Shown here: piece after piece, positions 1-8,740 of the stretch
Layout of the letters: each line of letters starts with the position of its first letter
Position numbering within the stretch: the first letter of the stretch is position 1
Assembly: GCA_005787525.1 (NCBI GenBank)
Contig: SYAR01000030.1
Location: 1-63,449 of the forward strand
Direction of reading: 5' to 3'
DNA: 63,449 nt
Source of the DNA: Rickettsiales bacterium
GTDB lineage: Bacteria > Pseudomonadota > Alphaproteobacteria > Rickettsiales > UBA1997
Position numbers and translations under genes: made by a program
Notes under the pieces: generated by a model
Databases searched by the model: none
Told to the model about the DNA's origin: nothing
Seen by the model: only the letters and a program-made list of their open reading frames with translations

Positions 1-1703
1 AAAACAATATCGCCTTCATTTAAATCTGGTAAAAAATCGCTTTCAATTTTGGTAAAAAGTGTTAATGAAAAAATAAAAATTATAAAACATAAAATGATTA
101 CTTTGTTTGAATTATTTAGTGATAATTTTAAAATTTTTCGATAAAAATTTATAAAAATTGTAAAAAATTTATTTTCTTTGTGATAGTTTTTATCGATGAA
201 ATAAAAACATAAAATTGGCATTAATAAAAAGGCAACTATTATGCTTGAAAGCATTGCTATTATTACGTTTAACGCCATTTGATTAAAAGTTTTTCCTTCG
301 ATTCCCGAGAACATTAAAATCGGCACGTAAACTAAAATTATTATAAACATTCCGACGAAAATTGGCTTAAAAACTTCGCTTGATAATTGAGCAATATTTT
401 CAATTTTGTGATGATCTTTTTTACTGAAATTTAAATGACAAATTATATATTCAACTAAAACCACCGAAGAGTCGACGAGCAACCCAAAATCAATAGCTCC
501 GAGACTCATTAAATTGGCAGAAATGCCGAACAAATTCATGCAAGAACTTAAAATTAATACCGAAAAAATTATGGTTGAAGCAACGATCATTCCAGATTTT
601 AAAGTGCCGAGTGCAAAACATAAAACTGCTACAACCAAAAGGATTCCCTCAAGTAAATTCTTTAAAACTGTTTTAATAGTTTTGTCGATTAAAAATTGGC
701 GATCATAAAGTAATTCGATTTGAAATTTCGAATTACGAGCATTAATTTTTTCAATTTCTTGCTTAACTTTAGTCAAAACTTCATTGCTGTTTGAGCCCGA
801 TTGGAGCATCACAGTGCCGATAATCGCTTCTTTTCCGCCAACCGAAGCTGAACCCAAAAGTTGCGAATAATCTTGACGCACTTCAACAATTTGATGAAGC
901 GGAATTGCCTTGCCTGAATAGTCAATTTTAATCGGCACATTCATCAAATCATTTTGATCACGAATATTAGCAAAAGTTCGCACAATTTTTTGTTGGTTAT
1001 CTTTCTCGATATAGCCTCCGCCAAAGTTCTCGCCGATCGATTGAATTTGAGCAATAATTTTTTTAGCGGTTAAACCCTGATTAATAATTTTTTGCGGAAT
1101 TAAATTAAGATGAATTTGGCGTTCGAAACCGCCGATGGTATCGATCTCAGCGACGCCTTGAACCCGCTTCAATTCGCGAGCAATGCGAAATTCTTGAAAG
1201 GCACGAATCTCCATCAAATCATGTTCGCTTAAATCATTTTCGCTGTTATTTTTATTAATTACACGGTAAATTATAATCTCGCCGATGCCCGTGGTTATTG
1301 GGGCGATGGTTGGTGAAATATTGGGCGGAAGCTGATCTTTTAGCGAAGATAATCTTTGCAAAACTTGGGCTCGCGCAAAATAAATATCAACATCATCTTC
1401 AAAAATTAAAATTATTTGCGATAATCCGAACTTAGAGAGAGAACGCATTTCCTTGATTTTGGGAACACCAAAAAGTTCGGATTCAATTGGATAAGTGACA
1501 GATTTTTCGATGTAAGCTGGATCGATGCCAAAAGTTTTGGTGTTTACTATCACTTGCTTGTTGGTAATGTCGGGAATGGCGTCGATTTTTACTTTAGAAA
1601 ATGAATAAATGCCAAAAAGCGAAATGATTGCGAAGGCAAATAAAACATAGGCTCGGAGCTCTAATAATTTTCTAAAAAATTTTTCAATTAGGCTAATTTT
1701 CAT
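1..1703 (-). CDS. Heavy-metal-efflux type (CzcA/CusA-like) RND inner-membrane transporter, N-terminal ~567 codons; the rest lies beyond the window start
   Basis: Absent from the ORF track because it runs off the window. My translation of the minus strand from the ATG at 1703 gives MKISLIEKFFRKLLELRAYVLFAFAIISLFGIYSFSKVKIDAIPDITNKQVIVNTKTFG... The frame stays open to position 1. IDAIPDITNxQV is the typical N-terminal motif of HME-RND pumps, and a periplasmic loop is followed by TM helices. Confidence 0.8.
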   Translation of the reverse strand, partial: MKISLIEKFFRKLLELRAYVLFAFAIISLFGIYSFSKVKIDAIPDITNKQVIVNTKTFGIDPAYIEKSVTYPIESELFGVPKIKEMRSLSKFGLSQIILIFEDDVDIYFARAQVLQRLSSLKDQLPPNISPTIAPITTGIGEIIIYRVINKNNSENDLSEHDLMEIRAFQEFRIARELKRVQGVAEIDTIGGFERQIHLNLIPQKIINQGLTAKKIIAQIQSIGENFGGGYIEKDNQQKIVRTFANIRDQNDLMNVPIKIDYSGKAIPLHQIVEVRQDYSQLLGSASVGGKEAIIGTVMLQSGSNSNEVLTKVKQEIEKINARNSKFQIELLYDRQFLIDKTIKTVLKNLLEGILLVVAVLCFALGTLKSGMIVASTIIFSVLILSSCMNLFGISANLMSLGAIDFGLLVDSSVVLVEYIICHLNFSKKDHHKIENIAQLSSEVFKPIFVGMFIIILVYVPILMFSGIEGKTFNQMALNVIIAMLSSIIVAFLLMPILCFYFIDKNYHKENKFFTIFINFYRKILKLSLNNSNKVIILCFIIFIFSLTLFTKIESDFLPDLNEGDIV

Positions 1704-1706
1704 GAG

Positions 1707-2924
1707 TTATTTTAAGTTTTGTGGAATTGAAAAATCACCAATTTTAACCATTAAATCACTAAAAGATTCCGCCAATAAATATTGTGCTTCGAAAATGGCG
1801 TCGAGCGTTTTATATTCTTGCATATCAAGTTCAATATAAGTAATAAAATCGAGAATGCCTTTTTTAAAATCAACATTGGCGTTGTTGAGTCTAGCGATGA
1901 TTTTTGGAACCAAATTTATGGCAAAAATTTGTGAATTTTTTAGTTGAGTTTGATATTGCAAAATATCATTTTCAATAATTTTTTCGAGTTGATTTTTTTC
2001 AAATTCATAAAGTTTATTTTGTGCTTTAATTTTTGACTCGGCACTAAAAATTTTCTCTTTATTTTGGTTAATAATTGGCACTGAAAGCGATAATCCAATA
2101 CCGTTCGAAGCCTGATTTGAAGAGGAGACCGAAGAATCTTGAATTTGACCATGAATATTTACATTTGGCATTTGCTCGATTTTAGCATAAGCCAATTCAC
2201 TGCGATATTTTTCAATATTAAATTTTTGCCCTTTCAAATTTAGATTATTTTCAAAAGCTTTTTGAATTAGATTCTGCTTGGGTTCAAGTTGATTTTTATC
2301 GAGCCATTTTAAAGTAATTTTTGGGTGCTCGGGCAAGTTTAAAAATACATTTAAATTATTAAAATTTTGCTTCAATTGATTGTTCAAAATAATCAAATCG
2401 CGTTGCACTAATTTAATGCGATCTTGAGCGATGATGCTTTGAGCGTGGCGGTTCGGCGAATCTAAAGCGATATTAGCAAGATAATTACATATTAACGACA
2501 AACGATCTAATCTTTTTTGCGTTAATTGAATTTTATTTTGCAAAATAAAATTTTGATAAGCCAATTTAAAAACTTGCGATTTAACCTCTAAAATCAAGGA
2601 GTTTCGCCGATTTTCTTGGATTTTAAATTCGGAATTTTCGATGTTATATTTATTTTCCAATTTATTAAAATAAGGAATTTCTTGCGAAAGAGAAAAAGTA
2701 TTTTGTGAGCTAGTTTTTGTTGCCGAAATAGTCGGATTTGCCCAATATTTCTGTTGATTGGCGAAGGATTTTTGACTTTGAGCGAATAAATCAAAAGCTT
2801 GAATATTGGCACTATTTTCTTCAGCGGTTTTTAATAAATTATCAATATTATATTCCAGACAAAAACCCTCTGAAACTAGGATTATCAAAAGAAAAATGGA
2901 TTTAAGGATAATTTTTTTTAACAT
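1707..2924 (-). CDS. TolC/CzcC-family outer membrane efflux protein
   Basis: 405-aa ORF with a signal peptide (MLKKIILKSIFLLIILVSEGFC) and two coiled-coil-rich repeats typical of OEP family proteins. Its stop is 3 nt upstream of the RND pump start. Confidence 0.7.
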   Translation of the reverse strand: MLKKIILKSIFLLIILVSEGFCLEYNIDNLLKTAEENSANIQAFDLFAQSQKSFANQQKYWANPTISATKTSSQNTFSLSQEIPYFNKLENKYNIENSEFKIQENRRNSLILEVKSQVFKLAYQNFILQNKIQLTQKRLDRLSLICNYLANIALDSPNRHAQSIIAQDRIKLVQRDLIILNNQLKQNFNNLNVFLNLPEHPKITLKWLDKNQLEPKQNLIQKAFENNLNLKGQKFNIEKYRSELAYAKIEQMPNVNIHGQIQDSSVSSSNQASNGIGLSLSVPIINQNKEKIFSAESKIKAQNKLYEFEKNQLEKIIENDILQYQTQLKNSQIFAINLVPKIIARLNNANVDFKKGILDFITYIELDMQEYKTLDAIFEAQYLLAESFSDLMVKIGDFSIPQNLK

Positions 2925-3087
2925 TAATTTGCGAGATTTAAAATGGTTTAATTTTTGATTTTAAAATTCTATATCGTGTAATTTTTTTTACTATTGAAAT
3001 TATTTTGATCAATTCAAAGGCTTGTAAATAAAGGAGGTGAGGGGGTTAATTAAAAAAAATTTATGATTTTTTAAGAAAAAAATAGTT

Positions 3088-3174
3088 TGGTACCTCCGGT
3101 CAGACTCGAACTGACACACCCGCAAAGGGCAATAGATTTTGAGTCTATCGCGTCTACCATTCCGCCACGGAGGC
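3088..3174 (-). tRNA. tRNA-Leu (anticodon CAA), class II with long variable arm, CCA encoded
   Basis: Reverse complement is GCCTCCGTGGCGGAATGGTAGACGCGATAGACTCAAAATCTATTGCCCTTTGCGGGTGTGTCAGTTCGAGTCTGACCGGAGGTACCA. It has a 7-bp acceptor stem, anticodon loop CTCAAAA, T-loop GTTCGAGTC and a long extra arm. Confidence 0.9.
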
Positions 3175-3650
3175 ATAAATTAATATTTGTTTGAAAGCAA
3201 ATATATCAAGCGCAATCATAATAACATTGAAGAAGCTTAAATGTCAAAAATATTTTTAATCCACCAAAAAATCCTTAAAATTGTCAAAACTTTTATAAAA
3301 ACTTTTTCATATTTTATACATATATTAAATTATTAAATTAACCAAAATCGATTAAATTTCATAATTAAAATGATTGATAAAATTGAAAATTTATCAATGT
3401 GAAAAACTATGATTATTTCAGAATTTAGAATTAGATTTAAACAATTCATTTATCAAATTTAAACAAAGCATCGAACTGATTTAAACCTTATTTTCGTAGA
3501 ATTCTCAAGCTTTGAAGGTTTATAAAAAGAACGTAAGCAAGTATAAATTGCTTATCAGAATCTTGTATCTTTTATCCCCTATTATTTAAGTTTACATAAT
3601 GTCAATTATGAGGTTATTCGCGTTATAAAAAAAGATGAAACGTTTATCAA

Positions 3651-4424
3651 CTAAATTAATTTCATCAATTCTTTAAGGATTTGATCCGAGCTTTGGAGCC
3701 ATAAATCTTGGCTTCGTAAATCAATTTTATTGTTAAAATGGCGGTTAAAAACCCGCGCCAACATCTGCATTTCTTCATCAAAAATATTGTTAATATTCAT
3801 AACTTTATAACCAAATTCTTGCAGATTTTTTTTGATTTTTTCGATTTGTGAATTTTCGTCTCCGAGCTCGAATATCAAACTTTCATCGCTAGAATCTATA
3901 AATAATTTTGGATATAATCCTATGTTATTTTTTGCTAAAAATTCCCAATCAAATAAATGTGAAGGATCTTGTTTGCGATCAAGTAAACCCGTCGCTGAAT
4001 TATATGCAATATCGGAATGACCCAAAACATATCTACTCTGAATATTATATTTATTAATTAAATAACTTGCTAAATCAACGCCGGCAAGCATTTGTTGCTG
4101 TGAAAAATTATTGGAAAAAGGATCAGAATTTATAAATTCAATGCCAATTGAATTTATATTTAATCCCTCAAAACCATTCCAACAACTTACTCCAGCATGA
4201 AAAGCAACGTCATTTTCATCAACTATTTGAGCAATTTTACCATTTTTATCGATTAAAAAATGAGCACTTACCCCATGATATTCGAGAGCTTCGATGGTTT
4301 GTGCAATAGAATTTGCTTGCAAATGATGTAAGATTAAAAAGTCGATTTGCCTCTGCCCCTCATGCCTCTTAAAGCAATTTTGTGAAATATTTTCTTGAAG
4401 AATTTCAAATGAATCCATAAACAA
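3651..4424 (-). CDS. N-acetylmuramoyl-L-alanine amidase (amidase_2/AmpD-like) with C-terminal peptidoglycan-binding-like segment
   Basis: Motifs IDFLILHH, VSAHFLIDKNGKI, AFHAGVSCW, SIGIEFIN, GHSDIA...RKQDP are typical of the zinc amidase_2 fold. Confidence 0.75.
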   Translation of the reverse strand: MFMDSFEILQENISQNCFKRHEGQRQIDFLILHHLQANSIAQTIEALEYHGVSAHFLIDKNGKIAQIVDENDVAFHAGVSCWNGFEGLNINSIGIEFINSDPFSNNFSQQQMLAGVDLASYLINKYNIQSRYVLGHSDIAYNSATGLLDRKQDPSHLFDWEFLAKNNIGLYPKLFIDSSDESLIFELGDENSQIEKIKKNLQEFGYKVMNINNIFDEEMQMLARVFNRHFNNKIDLRSQDLWLQSSDQILKELMKLI

Positions 4425-4498
4425 TTTTTGACAATAAAAATTTAAAAAGTAATTTGGTTAACTAAATTGATTTAACTTTTAACATTTTAAAATTAATT

Positions 4499-6811
4499 AT
4501 GTCAAATAAAAAACATTCGCAAAATATTATTGATGATTCAAAGAATTCTTCAAAATCAAATAACAAAACTCAAAAAGAAATCGAGGCTTTAAATTTTCAT
4601 ATTCAAGGACAGCCCGGTAAAGTTGCCATGCATGCAACCAAGCCACTCAACACTCAACGTGAACTTGCCCTCGCCTATTCTCCCGGAGTTGCTGTACCAT
4701 GCTTAGAAATTCAAAAAAATCCTGATTTGGCTTATGATTACACTGCCAAAGGCAATTATGTAGCGGTTATTTCCAACGGAACAGCGGTTCTCGGTCTTGG
4801 TAATTTAGGCGCTCTCGCCGGTAAGCCCGTGATGGAAGGAAAATCAGTTTTGTTCAAACGTTTCGCCGATATTGATTCGGTTGATATCGAAGTTGATACC
4901 GAAAATGTTGATGAATTTATTAACGCCGTCAAATATCTCGGGCCAAGCTGGGGCGGGATTAATCTCGAAGATATCAAAGCGCCAGAATGTTTTATCATTG
5001 AAAGCAAATTACGTGAAATTATGGATATTCCAGTTTTTCACGATGATCAACATGGCACTGCAATAATTTCGGCTGCTGGAATTCTTAACGTATTACATTT
5101 ATCGGGCAAAAAATTTAATGAAATAAAAGTTGTCGTTAACGGAGCAGGTGCTGCCGGAATCGCTTGTTTAGAGCTTCTAAAAGCCATGGGTTTACCTCAT
5201 GAAAGCGCACTTTTATGCGATACTAAGGGAGTTATTTACAAAGGTCGAACCGACGGCATGAATCAATGGAAATCAGCTCACGCCGTTGAAACGAAAGCTC
5301 GCACTTTAGCCGAAGCGATGAAAGGTGCGGACGTGTTTCTTGGACTTTCAGTTAAAGGAGCAGTCACTAAGGACATGGTTAAATCAATGGCAAAAAATCC
5401 AGTAATTTTTGCCATGGCAAATCCTGATCCAGAAATTTTACCCGAAGAAGTTCGTGAAGCTAGAAGTGACGCTATTGTAGCTACGGGTCGCAGTGATTAT
5501 GAAAACCAAGTCAATAACGTAATGGGTTTTCCATATATTTTCCGCGGAGCGCTTGATGTAAGAGCTTCAACTATCAATGAAGAAATGAAAATCGCTGCGG
5601 TTAAAGCTATCGCCGAGATAGCTCGTCAACCAGTTCCCGACGAAGTTATTAAGGCTTATGGTGGTCGTGAAATGAAATTCGGTCCGCATTATATCATCCC
5701 AACCCCATTTGATTCTCGTTTAATTTACACGGTTCCAGTGGCGGTGGCTAAAGCTGCGGTTGAAAGTGGTGTCGCTAGAAAACCAATTAAAGATTGGGAT
5801 GCCTACACTAAACAACTTCAAGCTCGTCGCGATCCTTCAGTTAATAGTTTAAGTTTGATTTTCGAAAAATTAAAAAGATCACCAAAAAATGTTATTTTTG
5901 CCGAAGGCGAACAGCCAGAAATTATAAAGGTTGCCAGCATGTGGCGCGATAACAAATATGGCAAACCAATTTTAGTTGGAAAAAAAGAGCGAATTCTTGA
6001 AAAAATGCAAGAATTAAATATCGATGAAAAAGGCATCGAGATTTACAACTCAGCAATTTCTGGCGAGAATAATAAATATATCGATTATCTATATTCAAAA
6101 CTACAACGCAAAGGAGTTTTACTTTCAGATTGCGCAAGAATGATCAAAACCGATCGTAATATTTTTGCGGGATCAATGCTCGCTTGCGGTCATGGCGATC
6201 TTCTCGTCACAGGCTTAACTCGTGGTTATAGTAAATCTTTAAAAGATATTTGGCAAGTTATCAAAAACAAAAAAGACCATATTGTTCTTGGCGTTTCAAT
6301 GATTATTTCCAAAGGGCGCACAATCTTTATTGCGGATACTGCTTGTTCAGAATTATCATCTTCGGAACATCTGGTAAGTATTGCCATTCAAACTGCCAAA
6401 AAAGTTCGCAAAATGGGCTATGAACCAAAAATTGCGTTCTTATCATTTTCAAATTTTGGCAGTGCCTTGAAAAATGAATCAAGTCGCATGAAACATGCAG
6501 TTGAAAAACTTGACGGCATGAAAGTTGATTTTGAATATGATGGTGAAATGACCGCTGATGTCGCTTTGAATCCTGAAAAAATGGCAAAATATCCATTTTG
6601 TCGATTGACGGGACCGGCAAATATTTTAATTTGTCCGGGGCTTCATTCAGCTAGTATCGCCACCAAACTTCTTGAAGAAGTCGGCAATTGCACGGTGATC
6701 GGACCAATTTTAGATGGCTTCGAAAAGCCCGTTCAAATCGTGACGATGCAGTCTTCGATTAACGATATTCTTAACATGTCGGCCGTTGCCGCGGTTGATT
6801 CATCTAAATAA
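4499..6811 (+). CDS. maeB: NADP-dependent malic enzyme (malic enzyme domain fused to phosphotransacetylase-like domain)
   Basis: 770 aa with LALAYSPGVA, VISNGTAVLGLGNLG, FHDDQHGTAI and GAGAAG motifs. A PTA-like C-terminal half follows. Confidence 0.9.
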   Translation: MSNKKHSQNIIDDSKNSSKSNNKTQKEIEALNFHIQGQPGKVAMHATKPLNTQRELALAYSPGVAVPCLEIQKNPDLAYDYTAKGNYVAVISNGTAVLGLGNLGALAGKPVMEGKSVLFKRFADIDSVDIEVDTENVDEFINAVKYLGPSWGGINLEDIKAPECFIIESKLREIMDIPVFHDDQHGTAIISAAGILNVLHLSGKKFNEIKVVVNGAGAAGIACLELLKAMGLPHESALLCDTKGVIYKGRTDGMNQWKSAHAVETKARTLAEAMKGADVFLGLSVKGAVTKDMVKSMAKNPVIFAMANPDPEILPEEVREARSDAIVATGRSDYENQVNNVMGFPYIFRGALDVRASTINEEMKIAAVKAIAEIARQPVPDEVIKAYGGREMKFGPHYIIPTPFDSRLIYTVPVAVAKAAVESGVARKPIKDWDAYTKQLQARRDPSVNSLSLIFEKLKRSPKNVIFAEGEQPEIIKVASMWRDNKYGKPILVGKKERILEKMQELNIDEKGIEIYNSAISGENNKYIDYLYSKLQRKGVLLSDCARMIKTDRNIFAGSMLACGHGDLLVTGLTRGYSKSLKDIWQVIKNKKDHIVLGVSMIISKGRTIFIADTACSELSSSEHLVSIAIQTAKKVRKMGYEPKIAFLSFSNFGSALKNESSRMKHAVEKLDGMKVDFEYDGEMTADVALNPEKMAKYPFCRLTGPANILICPGLHSASIATKLLEEVGNCTVIGPILDGFEKPVQIVTMQSSINDILNMSAVAAVDSSK

Positions 6812-6829
6812 AAAATATGAAATAATATT

Positions 6830-7243
6830 ATGTCCACTAGCGATATCGGTAAAATGCTTTTTGCCAACAATATAATAAAGGACAGTGAGAACACCCACAC
6901 TAATCCCGGTGCTGGATTTCCTAATAGTGGCGGTAAAAATGGCGGAATGGGAGGAAACATCGACAATACTTTTAAATTTGGAGAAGGAGGAGGTATCGAC
7001 ATCTCGATGGGGAGTTTAGATGGAGTCCTCTCGCTATTAAAAGGCAATGGAGGAGTTTTTGAGGCCGATTTATTTGCATGGGCCGATGGCGCTTTAGCTA
7101 TGGGAAAAATATCTTATCATGATTTTTTTGAAATGGCAAAAAAAATGGGATTAAAACTAGATGTTTCGGTGGTCAAAGAAACTGGAGCTTACTTAGGGGC
7201 AAATATGTCTTTAATTAGTGGTGGACAGGGACAAGAACGTTAA
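6830..7243 (+). CDS. Hypothetical glycine-rich protein
   Basis: 137-aa ORF with Gly-rich N-terminal half (GGKNGGMGGN, GEGGG). I recognise no family. The antisense ORF 6733..7047 is less plausible. Confidence 0.4.
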   Translation: MSTSDIGKMLFANNIIKDSENTHTNPGAGFPNSGGKNGGMGGNIDNTFKFGEGGGIDISMGSLDGVLSLLKGNGGVFEADLFAWADGALAMGKISYHDFFEMAKKMGLKLDVSVVKETGAYLGANMSLISGGQGQER

Positions 7244-7261
7244 TCAAAAATAAATTTTAAA

Positions 7262-7414
7262 ATGAAATCAACCACAAAAAACGAAAATTTAAATGAAGAA
7301 AATTCTTCAAAATCAGAAGAAAAAACAACTTCTGAGGAAGATATTTTAAAAAAACCAGAAGATAACACGCGCTATGGCGATTGGGTTAAAAACGGTCGAA
7401 CGATTGATTTTTAA
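7262..7414 (+). CDS. DUF1674 / SDHAF4-like small protein (50 aa)
   Basis: Below the ORF-track size cut-off. My translation is MKSTTKNENLNEENSSKSEEKTTSEEDILKKPEDNTRYGDWVKNGRTIDF. The C-terminal RYGDW-x2-x-GR-x-IDF matches the hallmark of the alphaproteobacterial/mitochondrial DUF1674 family. Confidence 0.7.
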   Translation: MKSTTKNENLNEENSSKSEEKTTSEEDILKKPEDNTRYGDWVKNGRTIDF

Positions 7415-7474
7415 TTTTTTAATATTGATAATTTTAAAAAAAATCAATTTTTAATTAAAGCTAAAATCGATCAC

Positions 7475-8536
7475 ATGATAAAATTCTTAAAATATTTTTT
7501 AACATTCATTCTCATGAGTTTCTTATCTTCATGCTTATTATTTTCTGAATCAGGATACTACAAAGGCAATGTTTCCGACCATTTTAACGGTGAAAGATTT
7601 TTTAATCCAAATAGTGAAGATCCTCTCAAAAAAAACTTCATGTCTTATTATAAAGCAAAGGCAAAATATGAAGCCGAAAATGGCAAATCTTTGTGGGTGA
7701 AAGATTTGATTGAAGTGCAAAATTTTAAACCATTAGAAAAAGTTAACAATGATAAAATCTCTACAACTTTTGTTGGTCATTCAACATTTTTATTGCAATT
7801 TAATAATTTAAATATTTTAACTGATCCGATTTGGTCTGATCGTGCCAGTCCCGTATCTTTTTTGGGTCCAAAAAGAGCCAAAAAACCAGGAATAAAATTT
7901 GATGATCTTCCAAAAATTGATATTGTTTTAATTAGTCATTCGCACTACGACCACTTGGATTTACCTACTATAAAAAAACTTCGTGATTTTTCCAATCCAA
8001 AAATTTATGCAGGTCTTGGAATTTGTTATTATCTAAATGAAGTGAAAAATTTAAAAGTTAATTGTCAAGAAATGGATTGGAACGACAAAATTCAATTCAA
8101 TGAAAATCTTTCGATTAATTTTTTACGCGCTAAACATTGGTCAAAAAGAGCTTTTTGGGGCTCAAATGCAACATTGTGGGGAGCGTTCGCTCTCGAAACC
8201 AATCTTGGCAATATTTATTTTGCTGGCGATACTGGCTATGATTCGCATTTTATCGAAGCAGGACAAAAATTTAAAAACTTCAAACTCGCCCTACTCCCAA
8301 TTGGTGCTTACAAACCTCAAGATTTTATGATTCGCCATCATATTAGTCCTAAAGAGGCGATTCTTGCCCACAAGGAACTTAATGCTGGAAAATCAATTGC
8401 TATGCATTTTGAAACTTTTCAATTGGCTTCTGATAATTTTAAAGATCCCGCGGAAGATCTTAAAAAAAATCGCATAGAGGCTAATTTAGAAAAAGATTTT
8501 TTAATTTTGGAAGTTGGCGAGAATAAGGATTTTTAA
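7475..8536 (+). CDS. MBL-fold metallo-hydrolase with signal peptide/lipobox-like N-terminus
   Basis: Motifs VGHSTFLL, ISHSHYDHLD, FAGDTGY and a distal H are the beta-lactamase-fold metal ligands. The N-terminus is MIKFLKYFLTFILMSFLSSC. Confidence 0.7.
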   Translation: MIKFLKYFLTFILMSFLSSCLLFSESGYYKGNVSDHFNGERFFNPNSEDPLKKNFMSYYKAKAKYEAENGKSLWVKDLIEVQNFKPLEKVNNDKISTTFVGHSTFLLQFNNLNILTDPIWSDRASPVSFLGPKRAKKPGIKFDDLPKIDIVLISHSHYDHLDLPTIKKLRDFSNPKIYAGLGICYYLNEVKNLKVNCQEMDWNDKIQFNENLSINFLRAKHWSKRAFWGSNATLWGAFALETNLGNIYFAGDTGYDSHFIEAGQKFKNFKLALLPIGAYKPQDFMIRHHISPKEAILAHKELNAGKSIAMHFETFQLASDNFKDPAEDLKKNRIEANLEKDFLILEVGENKDF

Positions 8537-8555
8537 GCCTTCGAAGCTTAGAAAA

Positions 8556-8631
8556 TGGTGGAGATAACGAGATTCGAACTCGTGACCTTTTGCATGCCAT
8601 GCAAACGCGCTACCAACTGCGCTATATCCCC
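8556..8631 (-). tRNA. tRNA-Ala (anticodon GGC), CCA encoded
   Basis: Reverse complement is GGGGATATAGCGCAGTTGGTAGCGCGTTTGCATGGCATGCAAAAGGTCACGAGTTCGAATCTCGTTATCTCCACCA. It carries the G3:U70 identity pair and anticodon loop ATGGCAT. Confidence 0.9.
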
Positions 8632-8740
8632 TTCGATTTTTATGAAAATTTGTAAAATTATTTTTTAAAAATTTACAAAATTCAAAATTCATTAAAAATT
8701 ACTTTACGAAATTTTGCAAGCTTAAATATTATAAAAATTT

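Noticed and set aside
514-708. 64-aa plus-strand ORF (TTG start) inside the region I assign to the RND pump
   Set aside because: It lies antisense to a long, motif-bearing RND reading frame. It is short, has a non-ATG start and has no recognisable features.
1940-2812. ORFs 1940..2152 and 2594..2812 on the minus strand
   Set aside because: They are alternative-frame ORFs nested within the 405-aa TolC-like gene. Their lysine/asparagine-rich translation is typical of off-frame AT-rich sequence.
3031-3074. Perfect extended Shine-Dalgarno AAGGAGGTGA (3031..3040), which on the other strand resembles a 16S rRNA 3' tail (TCACCTCCTT)
   Set aside because: The nearest ATG is 22 nt away and opens only a 3-codon ORF (MIF*). 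The flanking sequence shows no 16S similarity, so it is neither a gene start nor an rRNA remnant that I can support. It is noted as an oddity only.
3175-3650. Possible replication origin or decayed gene in the long spacer (one DnaA-box-like TAATCCACC near 3256)
   Set aside because: There is only a single imperfect box, no dnaA, dnaN or hemE context, and no residual reading frame. The evidence is insufficient.
8501-8692. 63-aa minus-strand ORF
   Set aside because: It is read through the tRNA-Ala gene (8556..8631). The tRNA cloverleaf with G3:U70 is a far better explanation.
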